Assembly (NCBI RefSeq): GCF_963921235.1
Contig: NC_086097.1
Coordinates: 69,876,001-69,940,000 of the forward strand
DNA: 64,000 bases
Reading direction: 5' to 3'
DNA from: Mobula hypostoma
Taxonomy: Eukaryota
This document shows, one piece after another, positions 13,235-24,960 of this stretch. The position numbers and the translations under genes were made by a program. The number at the start of each line of letters is the position of its first letter. Position 1 is the first letter of the stretch. The notes beneath the pieces are model-generated. The model was not told the origin of the DNA, searched no databases, and saw nothing but the letters and a program-made list of their open reading frames with translations.

Positions 13235-13402
13235 ATCCAAGTGTCATACTAAGTACGCTTGCTGCCCACACTGATGCCGTATGGGGTCTTACATTTAGTA
13301 ATATAAAGAACCGGTTGCTATCCTGTTCAGCAGATGGCACTATTCGGTTATGGAATCCAGCTGAGAAGTCTCCTTGCCTCAGTACTTATAATGTAGAAAG
13401 GG
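13235..13402 (+). CDS. STRN3: Striatin-3 coding exon (DPSVILSTLAAHTDAVWGLTFSNIKNRLLSCSADGTIRLWNPAEKSPCLSTYNVER)
   Basis: gcag/gtaagt splice sites; WD repeat; frame continues from the previous exon. Confidence 0.95.
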
Positions 13403-14326
13403 GTAAGTGAACTTTTTTTTTCCACTTACTAGGTTTGAAGTGTACTCTTTTTAACAGTTGCACAGCTGTAGAGTTAAAATTTTGTGTAATGTAGGTGAAT
13501 TGTATGTGGCAAATAGTCTGTTGAAAAGAAAAAAAAGTGATTTGACTGCAGGGTCTGTTATCTCAATGCAAAGATTCAAGGCATGTTCTTCAAAAATTGT
13601 GAAGGAGTCTGGTGCAGTTGCCTGTTAGTTGACATACAGCAAATATATTGTGAAGTAATGTGCTTGATTTATGATCAAAATTTTATAACACACGACGACT
13701 CGGGGGTTAGGTAATAGAGATTGCAGTCGCAATCTCTGGTGTTTGGGGCTGTTGTAGTGTTCTGCACTTGGAATGCGAAAAGCCCACCATATGAATACTT
13801 TGTCTGTATTAAAGTTGTGGATCATCCTCCCGTAGATGAGCATTCCCATGCTCAACTCAGCCTTTAGGAGTGGAAGGTTGTGGAATGAATTCTTGACAAT
13901 AAATTACATATGTAACATTTATGCATTTGTAAAAATGTATATAATGTATAAATAGATTTACATTTTTCTTTTGTTGATCATGAATGAAAGCACTTTTTAA
14001 AAAAGTTAAAATATGGTTAGAAGCAAAGTAAGATTTATTCTATTCCATATAATTAATGTAACCAAATGTTATCAATGCAGCACTTTCCCTTCCTTCCAAT
14101 AACCAGCTCACAAGTTCTCTATTCAAAGTCAAATTGGGCAGAAATTGGTTTCAGACAGCAACATTAATTTCGCATAAAACCTCTGCAACAAGTAAATAAG
14201 TAATACTGGATTTTAGTCACAGAAATGAAAAATTACTTCTAACCCATTCTGCCATTCAATCCTCCATTTAATGTTTCTTAACCTAGGTAAAAGAGTATAA
14301 TCAATTTGTTTTAAACTTCTTTTCAG

Positions 14327-14467
14327 AGAACGGAATCCCCACTTCTGTTGACTTTGTAGGTGCTGATCCAGCACACATAGTGGGTTCTTTTACTAGTGGC
14401 AACACAGTCATTTATGATATGGAAACTTCTCAGTCCTTGGTGATGCTGGCATCACAGGTGGATGCTG
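14327..14467 (+). CDS. STRN3: Striatin-3 coding exon (ENGIPTSVDFVGADPAHIVGSFTSGNTVIYDMETSQSLVMLASQVDA)
   Basis: tttcag/gtgagt splice sites; matches STRN3 GIPTSVDF..DPAH..ETSQSLV. Confidence 0.95.
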
Positions 14468-15204
14468 GTGAGTAGCATGAAGATAAGTTTCAGAAAACCT
14501 CTTTGTTATGCTGTAAACAAGTATCATGCATTTTTTTCTTGAAATTATTCATTCTTCAGCTTGCTGTCAGTGATTCCTTGAGGAAAATCATTAAATCGGT
14601 TAATTTTATACCCCTTTTCACTTATTCCACTCCCCCTTCCTGTCCCTTAAAACATTATTTAGGCAGTGAACATATAAGTGAGGCAATGTTCCTGTTACTT
14701 GACAAACTAGATTTGGGAGGAATTTAAAACTACTGCCTTAATTTCAGAATAACGGGTTATCCGTATAAAACAGATGAAGAGGAATTTGCTTTCAGAGGTT
14801 CATGAATTTTTGGAAATCTTCCCCATGGTGCTCGGAAATTCTGAATCATAGAGTATATTCAACATAAAGAATGGCAAATATTTGGTCTAGACTTGACTAT
14901 TGGGGAACATCATAGTGGAACTGATACAAATAGTAAATCAACCACCGTCTTGCTGAATGATATAGAGCAGACTAAAGACCCAAATGACCTATTCCTGCTC
15001 CTCTGTCTTTTATTTTCTGTACTGCAGTTTGCACTTTTTTTTTGATCAGCAAAGGTCCAAAACAGTTCAGGAGACTTTCAAGCTTTAGATAAAATCTGTA
15101 GCTTTCTGAGTAGATAAAACATTGAACCTAGTACCAAGATCAAATTTTAATAAGTGGTAGTGCGGACTTTTCTACTGAGCACAGCAGCTCCTTGCTACCT
15201 GGGA

Positions 15205-15513
15205 CATTTTCCTTCCTCCAGAAGGCGGTGTCCATCATTAAAGACTTCACCATCTAGCAGGTGCTCTCTTGATGCTGTCAGGAAAAAGGTATAGACACCT
15301 GAAGACCCACACTCACTTCCTCGGACCAGCTTCTTCCCCTCCACCATCAGATTTCTGAATGGTACATGAACACTACCTCATTATTCAATTTTGCACTGGT
15401 TATTTATTTTTGTAACTTTTATAGTAATTTTTTTATGACTTGCATCGTACTGCTGCAGCAAAACAACAGATTTCACAACTTATGTCAGTGATGGTATACC
15501 TGCTTCCAATTCT
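15205..15513 (+). mobile_element. Rex-Babar LINE 3' fragment
   Basis: Similar to the 3' end of the element at 29893-31800 (aaggc.g.gtccat.attaa, gcctgaag.c.cacactca, degenerate GATTCT tail). Confidence 0.65.
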
Positions 15514-18500
15514 AAGCTTTGTTTTAGGATTCCTGTATTATTCAAGATCACGATAAAAGAAGGAATTTAAATAAAGGAAATAAAGCAGGAAATTATCCAG
15601 TCAGATGGTACAAAGACTGCAGTTAAGTGAAATGAATATATGATGAGTGACATAATTTTGGCCATAAAATGTCACGAGAATTTTTTTTATCGTATTTTTG
15701 ATATTTTAGAGCAAAAGGGAAACTGTTGAATTGAAATATCACTGAATACCTTTCTTCTTCTGAATCAGCAGTTTTGCTAGGACTTGATTACACAATGCTA
15801 TTCAGTGATACTAGTATATTTTGACAGGTGGGCATACTTTATATGACGGTATATGATGTACTGCAGCACAGGGCTGGATTTATACTCTTTATTTTCATTA
15901 TTTTGGTAGAGCAGGTTCTTATATATTGTGATTCTAGTTTATGAAAGAAAATAGGAACAATAAAACTAGTTATTCTTCTGACTTTTTAAACTGGTCATGG
16001 GTTATGGTTTTTGAGCATAATGCAGATCCAGTTTCATAATCTGCATTCATCAGTGCATCCAAATTACTTAAGAGTACTGACTTTTTTTCGCTTTCTTCTG
16101 CTTCCTTTTGTTTTCCTGACTTTGAACTGTGCAAGATGCCTGAATGAAGGCTTCTGCATTCAGCAGAAAACTTTCTACAGCCATTCAGATGATTTTTTTT
16201 GTTAATAAGAAACCAAAGCAAATACTATTCTTGGTACTAAGTTCAATCTTCCATCTATCATAAGGTATCTTCTGCTGTGCGTTTAGATGTATCCAATTAA
16301 ATCACTTCTAGTACAAATTTATATTGAGCATGGTTATATCAGTGATAAGCTATCATTTTGTTTAGTAATGAAATAATTTCTTTATAGCAAAATAAAGGTA
16401 TAACAGCCAGTATTTCAATTTGTGTACAAAAATATATATTTTTTTACTCTTATTGCAAATGCAACTTAAATTATGCTTTTGTAATTCAAGTTAAAGCAAG
16501 CTAACATATTTCAAATGATAGATTAATTATTTCTCTTGTTACTCTACCTATTACAGATAAATTTAAATTCTGCATTGTATACTACTCCTTAAAAATAGGT
16601 GGGCAGGTGGCTTGGATCTAGGTCAGCTCATCTTCAGGAAGGAATGAATAGTACCTTGGACGCTTGCTGGTTTTCATTTTGTCCCTGTATAAAAATGCCA
16701 CTTTCCAGGTGGTCTGACTTAAATAGTTGGGCTGTTGCTTCATAGTATTAGTGCACATCCTTCACTACCCATATCCTTCATATATTTTTAATTATAGAAA
16801 GTAGCTATTTTGTGTGTGCTTATAACTAATGAAAGCAATAGCACTGAGGGTCAGTACAGCAGTTTGCATTAATACTAACATTTTGCACAGATGTCGAAGA
16901 AGGATGATTATGTAGTAAAGACCCATTTATTATGGTTCTGCAAACTTCCTTCAAATTGATTATAAGATGTTTAGTTTTATATACATCTGTAAGCATGTTT
17001 TTTTTTTAACTCTTTTCTGGGATCTGAGCATCACTGTAAAGGCATTTCTTGCCCATTCCCATTTCTCCTTAAGAAGGTAGTGGTGAAGTGTCATCTCGAC
17101 CTGCTGGTGAAGGTAGTCCCACAGTGCTGTTGCATAGAGTGTTGTAGGATTTGGACCTAACAATAATGAATAAAAAATGATAAATATCTACTTCAGGATG
17201 ATATGCAATTTGAAGGGAAATCTTCAGGTCATGATGGTACTATGAACTTCATGGTAAAAGAGGATACAGGTCTGAGAGGACCATGTTTGAGGATACAGGT
17301 TTGAGAGGTCCTCTCAGAGAGGTCAAGGTGAATAAATGTTGACCATTTTGCTGGTGCACACTAAAACGCTGTGTGCCAGTGGATGTTTGGTATGTATTTA
17401 GGGTGATAGGTCAGGTGACTTTCTCCGAGGTTGCTTTGTTCTGGGTGTTGCTTGTAGACATGGTGTTTATTTGGCTGGCCCTGTTGAGATTCTGGTCAAT
17501 GGCACTGTAACAAAGTTATTGCATGATACTTAGCAGCCCATGCAGTCTTGGTGTCTAGGTCTTGTCAATGCAAGCATAGCTGCCTCATTTGCTGAGGAGT
17601 TGTGAATGGAATTTAACACTGTGCAATCATCAGCAAACATTCTTCCTAATGACATTAAGATGGAAGGAAAGTTAATTCTGAAGTAGCTGAAGACAATCGA
17701 GCTGTGATAAATTGGTGTTGAAATGTTTAACCTCTGATATTCAGATCCTCAATGTAAGGTTTGACTCTCAGCTACCAGAGTGTTTTCATTTTGATGCTTA
17801 TTAACTTCAATTTTACAAGGCTTATTGATGCCACATTCTATCAAACGTTGTGTTGTCAAGGCCTGTCACTCTTATCTTACCTCTGGAATTCAGCTCGTTT
17901 GTTCATGTTTCCAGATCTTCACTTGAGTGGTCATAACAAGATCCAGCGTGGGTATTTGTGAATAACTAACTGGTGAGGAAGTACAACTTGATAAGCCCTG
18001 TCTTTATCAGCATCGGTCACTTTGTTGCTGACTGAGAGTAGAAAAATTAACTGTGGCTTAGCTAGATTGAATGTGTTCTTTTTGGGAACAGGAGCACATG
18101 AACAATTTTCCAAACTGTTAAGTAGATATCAGTATTGTAACTTCTACCAAAATGACTAGGCTAGAAGACCACTCTAGCTCTAGAGTGGTCTTCAGTACCA
18201 TACATGGATTTCTGATTCAATGGCTTTTGCTCTCAGCTGTTTCGTGATATCACATCAGTTGAATTGGTTGGAAATTGGCTTCTGTCATGGTGGGGATCTA
18301 AAGAGAAAGCTGAAATAGGTCATGTATTTGGTACTTCTGGCAGAAATGAATGTTTTGGCCTTTAGCAGTCATGTGCAAGGCTGTACCATTGTTGAGGATG
18401 AGATTAAGGACAAATGTTTTTAAAGCCTTCTATGGCTATTGCTTTAAATTTCTGCTACCTTTCATGGGAAAATGTGGTAGATATACACAACCTTAATCTG

Positions 18501-19003
18501 ATCTATTGGTTATGAGGTCAGTTTGCCATTCACTGTTTTTTGCATTCTGGAATTGCTGTTTAGTAGTCCTGTATTACAAATTCATTTTGTTTGAACTCAT
18601 TATTTTTAGATTTACTTGATGGTGCTTGTGCCTTACCAACTTATTCCCCAATATGAACCAAGCTTGATGTTGATGGTGCACAGTAAATTGTTTAGACCAG
18701 AGAGATATTTTCTGAACTTATTGTATTTAGTGCCACACAATACAGTGATGGGTGTCCTAGGTGTAAAAATGTTTTTTGTCTCCATAAAGAATTTCACCAG
18801 TGTTCCCATGGGCAGACGCATATTATCACAGGTATTTTGGTGAGGACAAGTCGAGCAGCTTTGTTCCCCCGTGTTGGTTTAGGTTTGTCTGACTACCACG
18901 TCAATTGGGAAGCAACCAGCTTGCTCTGTGGTAGTGCTACATAGCCAATGGATGTAGGCATCTCTCCCCTAGAAGACATTTTCTGTCCTTGCTCCCTTCA
19001 TTG

Positions 19004-19255
19004 TGTAAGGGGGTTTCATCTTTTATGTTACTGCGGAGGCTAATTAAAATGGCTTCTTTGTTATGTTATAATCGGGAATGCTTCTTGTTATGTTAAATGC
19101 TGAGAAAGCTTTGCGCTAGCAGCTTTTGTGAGTTGGGGGTGATAAGAGGATGTTATGAACCAATTGGGATAGTTGTTATGACCTTGGTGTATCTGGAAGA
19201 TTTGTATACGCGGGGTTTTGAGGGAGAAGGCAGGAGGGTGGCCAGGGGGGCTACA
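19004..19255 (+). repeat. 5' LTR (252 bp)
   Basis: TGTAAGG...GGCTACA; about 95% identical by eye to 21638-21903. Confidence 0.93.
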
Positions 19256-19258
19256 TTG

Positions 19259-19276
19259 TGGGGGCTCGTCCGGGAT
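19259..19276 (+). promoter_or_regulatory. Primer-binding site complementary to tRNA-Pro 3' end
   Basis: Perfect TGGGGGCTCGTCCGGGAT, 3 nt after the 5' LTR. Confidence 0.93.
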
Positions 19277-20832
19277 TGGGTCTGCTGGTATGCTGTGTGG
19301 GTGCCCTGTTTAAATCTGTAATGTGCGTCTCTGTGGGTTATTTGCTGGTGATTGCTGTATGCATTGTGGGTGCGGTCTTTGTTCGAGTTCAGGCTGGCAT
19401 TAACGAGTTGGAGGTGGCACTCGGGGCTGTCCATGCGGTTGGGATAGAGAGGAAAGAGTGGTCTGATTTGGAGGTAGGGTCTGCGAATAAATGTTCTAAC
19501 TCTGGCAGGCTCCACCTGGCGCTTGGGATAGTGTCCACCCCAAGAGGAGCAGAGACGTGGGCGGAACGGATCTCTCAGTTGTTAGATGAGTGACAGTGCT
19601 TGGTTGAGGGAGAGCGACAGGGATTGGTTGAAAGTTTAAATAAGCGGGCTGGTGACGGTGTTAGAGCTGTCAGGTTCACTTACACTGTAGTGACAGCGGT
19701 CAGTTATTTAAAAGAGGGGGGAAAGTTTTCAGTATGTCTTTTCTGGCTAGGAGGGCAGCCAAATTGCTTGCAGTGCCAGGGGAATCATTTCAGGGGATCA
19801 TGCCCCTCCTTCAGTTGTTCAGCTGATCAGAGAGGTGTCGGGAAACTTAGTGGTGGCCCAGTGGGGGAACGGCTTGGGATCTCTGGGGAAGCACGTTCCC
19901 AGCAATGTACCAATGAACTTCCGCAAGGAAAAGACCCTATTCCTGAAGGCATAGAGGGACCACACCCCAGGGTGTCGTTATGGAGAGAGGGAAGCAATGC
20001 TAAAGCCATCCTCGACCCTGAGGTGCAGGTCAAGTTGCTGTACAGTTCGTTTTTACAACCGGTGTCTGAAGCATTTACCCTTGACAAGCGCAAGGGCACC
20101 GGAGATTTTGGATACCAGTGCCATTAGTTATCCAGAAGACGATGATTGGTTAATGACCCTGGAGTTCATGGGGGCATTGTCTGGGCACCCAGCGTGTCGA
20201 GTTGCTTCTGAGGACGTGTGTAGCAGCCTTGAGCTGGTACTGAATTTAAGCGAAACCCAGTGGTGGTACAGCCTGGGGAAAGTAGCTGAGGGTGAGACCC
20301 TCTTAGTAGATGCTCTGAACTACCATGAGGGAGGGGAGTTGACCGCTGAAGACACCTCAGTGAGAGAGAGATTGCGGCAACTGGACCCTGGCGCCGTGGA
20401 AGATGGAGGCAGCGTGTGTGTGGATTATGCAACGTGGTTTAATGTGCTGGATCTGAGGAGTGGATGTTGCCAGATCCCGAGGAGTGTGGCTTTCGAGCTG
20501 AAGACAGCTGTTATTAGTTCCCTAGGATTCTTCCGATCCGAAAAGATGCCAAGGGCATATCCGGAGCCCCTGCTTCCTTCCCGCGGGGCATGAGGAAGAC
20601 TATGGGGGAAGTGAAGGTGTATGGAGTTTTGCCGTATGTGGATGACCGCCTAGAGGTTGGATTCGCCTGGGGGGACTATGAGGTGAGACGAGTGGCTGAG
20701 CCCGGGCGACAGAAGCGAAGTGTCAAAAGTGTAGGAGTTTTTCGCCAGAGGAGTTTGGTGCAATGTGAGAAAAATGACCTGACATACCAGTTGAATTTCC
20801 TGGTGTTGGAACAGACGGTGGTGGACCTGGGG

Positions 20833-21155
20833 ATGGAAACCCAGGTCGTCAATCTGAATGAGACACGGGAGAGAGGGGATTTGCACCACTGAACTGAGTG
20901 CTCAGAAATGCCAGCCGGAGACTGAGTGCCACAACTGTGGAACGACCATTGCAGACTTGGAGTTCACGCTCGTCAACATGGAGATGGTCAAGAAACCTGA
21001 GTCAGAACTGCGGAGGCTGTGGCAAGAGCTGAAGGAGTCCCCGAAGAAGCTGACGTCTCGACTGCAGGAGGCTGAAGGAGTAGCCCCAGCAAAACGTTTC
21101 AGTTTGGAGAAACTTAACCAGCAGCTACCGATCGAGAGAATGAGGAAGAATACGG
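20833..21155 (+). pseudogene. Captured fragments of sarcomeric myosin heavy-chain rod inside the LTR element
   Basis: [70 protein letters not shown] resemble four separate, collinear MYH rod segments (recalled, not searched). Confidence 0.72.
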
Positions 21156-21624
21156 ATTCGAAGGATGATGTGCTGCCCATGTGGTACATGCTGCCTTTCG
21201 CTAACTTCCCCGTGATTGAGGAAGAGACCTTTGACCCTTCTCCCACTGAGTCAGGTGTAGTGGGGAGGGCTAGCTGTGGGCAGTCTGAGTTACGGCAGGA
21301 TCAGGAAGGAAAAGAAGCAGGGCCCTGGACACGGGACAGGGGGCTCTGAGCTGTAATGGTGGCCTGAGTGAGAGAGGAGTTGGCAAGCAGGCCCGAGGTA
21401 TCCCTAGGAGTGTCTGAGCCTTTTGGGTTTAGGTGAGGGGGTACGGAGGTCTCGGAGGGTTGAGAAGCTCCCAGATGGGTTGGCCTATGTAGCGCCCATG
21501 GGACGGGCGTAAGGTCCACTGTTTGGGGAGCACTGTCACTGTGTGTATCTGTGTATGTGTGTGTTGTGTGTCTGCAGGACTGGTTGGTGAGTTATTTAAA
21601 AGTCATGAGGACATGACTTTATTT

Positions 21625-21637
21625 GGTGGGGGGAGAG
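21625..21637 (+). promoter_or_regulatory. Polypurine tract
   Basis: GGTGGGGGGAGAG directly before the 3' LTR. Confidence 0.85.
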
Positions 21638-21903
21638 TGTAAGGGGGTTTCGTCTTTTATGTAACTGCGGAGGCTAATTAAAATGGCTTCTCTGTTATGT
21701 TATAATCGAGAATGTTTCTTTGTTATGTTAAACGCTGAGAAAGCTTTGCGCTAGCAGCTTGTTGTGAGTTAGGGGGTGATAAGAGGATGTTATGAACCAA
21801 TTGGAATAGTTGTTATGACTTTGGTGTATCTGGAAGATTTGTATGCGCGGGGTTTTGAGGGAGAAGGTGGGAGAGTGACCCTAAGGGTGGCCGGGGGGCT
21901 ACA
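21638..21903 (+). repeat. 3' LTR (266 bp)
   Basis: TGTAAGG...GGCTACA direct repeat of the 5' LTR with an ~11-bp extra segment near its end. Confidence 0.93.
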
Positions 21904-22818
21904 GTTGCTTCTTCCGAGTGTTATTCACCGTGTAGGAGCACTAATTCATCAGCTGAGGGAGGACAGTAGCTGGTAATTAGGAGATGTCTTCATGGGACTG
22001 AATGGGCTCTTGATGTGTTTGAGAAGACAGCAAGGAGTGCTCTCTGATTGTTCCACCATTCCTGGTGGTTCTGTCTGCTGCTGGGACAGGATGTACCCAG
22101 CGATTGTGATGGAGGAGTCTTTACGGTATGGTTTTGTTAATATTATTATGTAAGCTGTTGTTTGACTCGTCTGCGCAACAGCTCTCCAAATTCAGACATC
22201 AGTTCCCAGATGTTAGTAGAACTTTGCTGAATTCAAGACCACTTCAGGGAGTATTTAAGAATCGACCACACTGTTGAATCTGTAGTGCTAAATGTTTTTC
22301 ATACATGAGTGTATCTATTATGCTGCACATACTGAACTACAAAACTGTTGAGTTATAGATGATTTCAGTCAAAATGAAATGAAATGTAATGCATGCAATA
22401 TACAGTACAAGTCAGTACAGTTTCCCAGAGATTGGGAAATGTAGTAATCAGTTGATACACAGCAAAAAAACAACTTTCAAGGTCCTTTACAAGAACATTA
22501 ACAAAATTTGGCACGGAGTAACATTGGTATGTTAGACCACAAGACTCAAAATTTTCTCGTAGGAGAGCAGATTGGAGGAACATCTTGAGGTTGGGGGGGC
22601 ATAGGAAGCGAAATTTGGAACTTCACCCAAGGAGGCTGAGCTTCATTTTCAAAATTGCAACTTTTTGATTAAATTGTGCCGTTTCCATTTTATAAAATCT
22701 TCAGTCCCTTGGATTTCTGGATATGGTGCAGTAAGAACTATATAGTTTGGTATAATTATAATTTGTTTATATTTACATAATTTCCTTTATCAATCTTTGC
22801 CTTGCTTTCTATTCACAG

Positions 22819-22926
22819 TGTCTCCTCTAGCCAATCAAATAAATAAAGTTGTCAGTCATCCCACATTGCCCGTTACTATCACAGCTCATGAAGATAGGCA
22901 TATTAAGTTTTTTGATAATAAAACAG
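22819..22926 (+). CDS. STRN3: Striatin-3 coding exon (VSPLANQINKVVSHPTLPVTITAHEDRHIKFFDNKT)
   Basis: cacag/gtgagt splice sites; near-identical to STRN3; an in-frame alternative AG exists at 22829-22830. Confidence 0.93.
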
Positions 22927-23038
22927 GTGAGTAATAGCAAGTATTGAGAATTATGACAAAATTACACATTCATCTGGCTTATCTCTAATATCCCTTGTAT
23001 TTTATTTTACTTTGACTCATCTTTGCTTTTTTATGTAG

Positions 23039-23125
23039 GTAAACTGATCCATGCTATGGTTGCTCACTTGGATGCTGTTACTAGTCTAGCAGTGGATCCT
23101 AATGGAATCTACTTGATGTCAGGAA
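23039..23125 (+). CDS. STRN3: Striatin-3 coding exon (GKLIHAMVAHLDAVTSLAVDPNGIYLMSG)
   Basis: tgtag/gtatgt splice sites; LDAVTS and GIYLMSG are STRN3-type. Confidence 0.95.
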
Positions 23126-23477
23126 GTATGTGGCTCAATTTTATAATAGAACAATTGTTTCTGAATGTCGATATTTTAAGTTGATCTACTATAGTTAAAA
23201 TTTCCAAATCAAGAATTAAATTAAGCCTAAACTATACAAAATTGATAAAGTGATACATAGTTTTCAGAAGTTATGTAATTTTAAAACCTTAAGATTTGTA
23301 AGCTATATTCACTACTGGCTATATGTTTATGGAAGATTCTTTGCTTTGATTTCTTGTTATAATTCAATCCAAATACAATTTTTTAATAAGCCTGTAAAAA
23401 GAGTTGTTGATATTATCAGTGATTATCATTAAACACTTCTACTGTAATGCAGATTTTCTATATTTGATTTGTACCAG

Positions 23478-23647
23478 GTCATGATTGTTCTATTCGCCTG
23501 TGGAACTTGGATAGCAAGACATGTGTTCAAGAGATTACCGCCCATCGAAAGAAATGTGATGAATCTATTTATGATGTAGCCTTCCATCCATCAAAGGCCT
23601 ATATTGCTAGTGCAGGAGCTGATGCCCTTGCCAAGGTGTTTGTGTAA
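23478..23647 (+). CDS. STRN3: Striatin-3 terminal coding exon (SHDCSIRLWNLDSKTCVQEITAHRKKCDESIYDVAFHPSKAYIASAGADALAKVFV*)
   Basis: accag acceptor; canonical striatin C-terminus; TAA at 23645-23647. Confidence 0.97.
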
Positions 23648-24954
23648 CAATTGCTAGAACACATTTGTCCCAAAATAGCAGGTGAGCTGGAAGCAAACAG
23701 GAATTGCTGCACTGCCATTAGTTACCCAGTTATCATACAACACTAAGTACTGGTCTGTTCTTCCTGGGCAGTGGTTTCCTGGTATCTATTTAGGGGAGGT
23801 GTTCACTGATCAGGTATCACCAGATCCTTGAATAATATCAGGTTGACTAATTTTAATTACTGTAATTAAAAAAGAAACAAACCAGTATTTATAGCCTTGA
23901 CTGGATTTAAACTGAGCTAAATTTACTGTTATGTAGGTGTTCAAAGTCTTGTGGAATTTATTCTTACAGCAGTAAATTCTTTGGGCTCTTGTCCTGCCTG
24001 GTGGCTAGGACAACAGTACAGTGGTGGGCAGCAAGATTAAAGTTGAACCATAGAATGTCATCCTTCTATTCCTTTATCAGTTTTCCACCACCAAACATAC
24101 TTTTAAATCAACTTTCAGCATTATAAAGAAAATAGAAATTAAATATATTTTAACCTTAGTTTTACAGTATTTTTGACAGGATGTCTAGTTTTTATATGTC
24201 TTTTGTATAATTTTCCTGTCAGAATAATGCTCCAAACAGGGTTAATACTATGTTTCATTGGCTTAAAACCCAGTCAAATCTTCATTGATCCACTATTAAC
24301 TGCATCCTTCCCTTGCCCGGCTTAAATGAAACAAAATCCTCAGTGAATTCTTCCACATGGATGCTATTTTAACATCACTATAAAAACTGTTAAGTATAAT
24401 CATTGAAAACTGTAAAATGTGTTGGAATTAAACACAGAGGGTTTAATACCCACAATTAACTCTTTTAAATAAAATTGCAGCATCCTATCACTATGTGATA
24501 TTTTGTACATCTTATTGTATTTACAAGTTTATTTATCAAGGGTTAACCATCTTAATGCTATTGGCCTACTGTTATTTATTTCACTTTTCTGTTGGTCTTT
24601 ATATCCTTCATGTATTGAGTGTTAACGGGCCTTGTATATCTTTGTCTAACATGGGACTCTTGCAGAAGACTAGCAAACTCTAAATATAGGTTTAAAGTGG
24701 AACACTGTTATATCACAGCCCAGAATTTCCTGTTAGGATACCTGCTTTAGGGGCTTACCCTAATTCCATAAATCTGAAGAATTTGTGTGAAATCCGGAGT
24801 GAAAATGTTTTATTTTGGATTAAATATAGAAAACTGAAATGGCCAAATCAAGACTCAGAAAGCTGCTGTATTTGATCTAGTTATCCCAGATTTTCAAAGT
24901 GCTTCAGTTAATGGTGTAACTAAAGATTTTGTTTGTGTCATGCATGATTAATAC

Positions 24955-24960
24955 AATAAA
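24955..24960 (+). promoter_or_regulatory. Probable STRN3 polyadenylation signal (3'UTR ~1.3 kb)
   Basis: AATAAA followed by T-rich sequence at the end of a TE-free, AU-rich stretch after the stop; other AATAAA hexamers exist, so not unique. Confidence 0.55.

Larger units (their letters stand above)
19004..21903 (+). mobile_element. Non-autonomous, internally deleted Ty3/Gypsy LTR retrotransposon (2.9 kb)
   Basis: Paired TG..CA LTRs, PBS, PPT, imperfect 4-bp TSD (ATTG/GTTG); remnants of protease (AILD..QV.LLY..FY..LKHLPLT), RT (CVDY, LDLRSG, YVDD) and RNase H (EKN..T..L.FL.L). Confidence 0.92.
17015..22290 (-). mobile_element. Ancient degraded LINE (CR1/L2-like), interrupted by the LTR element
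   Basis: Residual RT-like peptide (PVPKK...LLSVSNKV, ~18000-18110); flanks of the LTR element appear continuous; boundaries approximate. Confidence 0.45.

Noticed and set aside
19259..19276. Gammaretrovirus-type ERV because of the tRNA-Pro PBS
   Set aside because: RT and RNase H remnants (CVDY, LDLRSG, EKN..T..L.FL.L) are Gypsy-type; no env-like sequence seen
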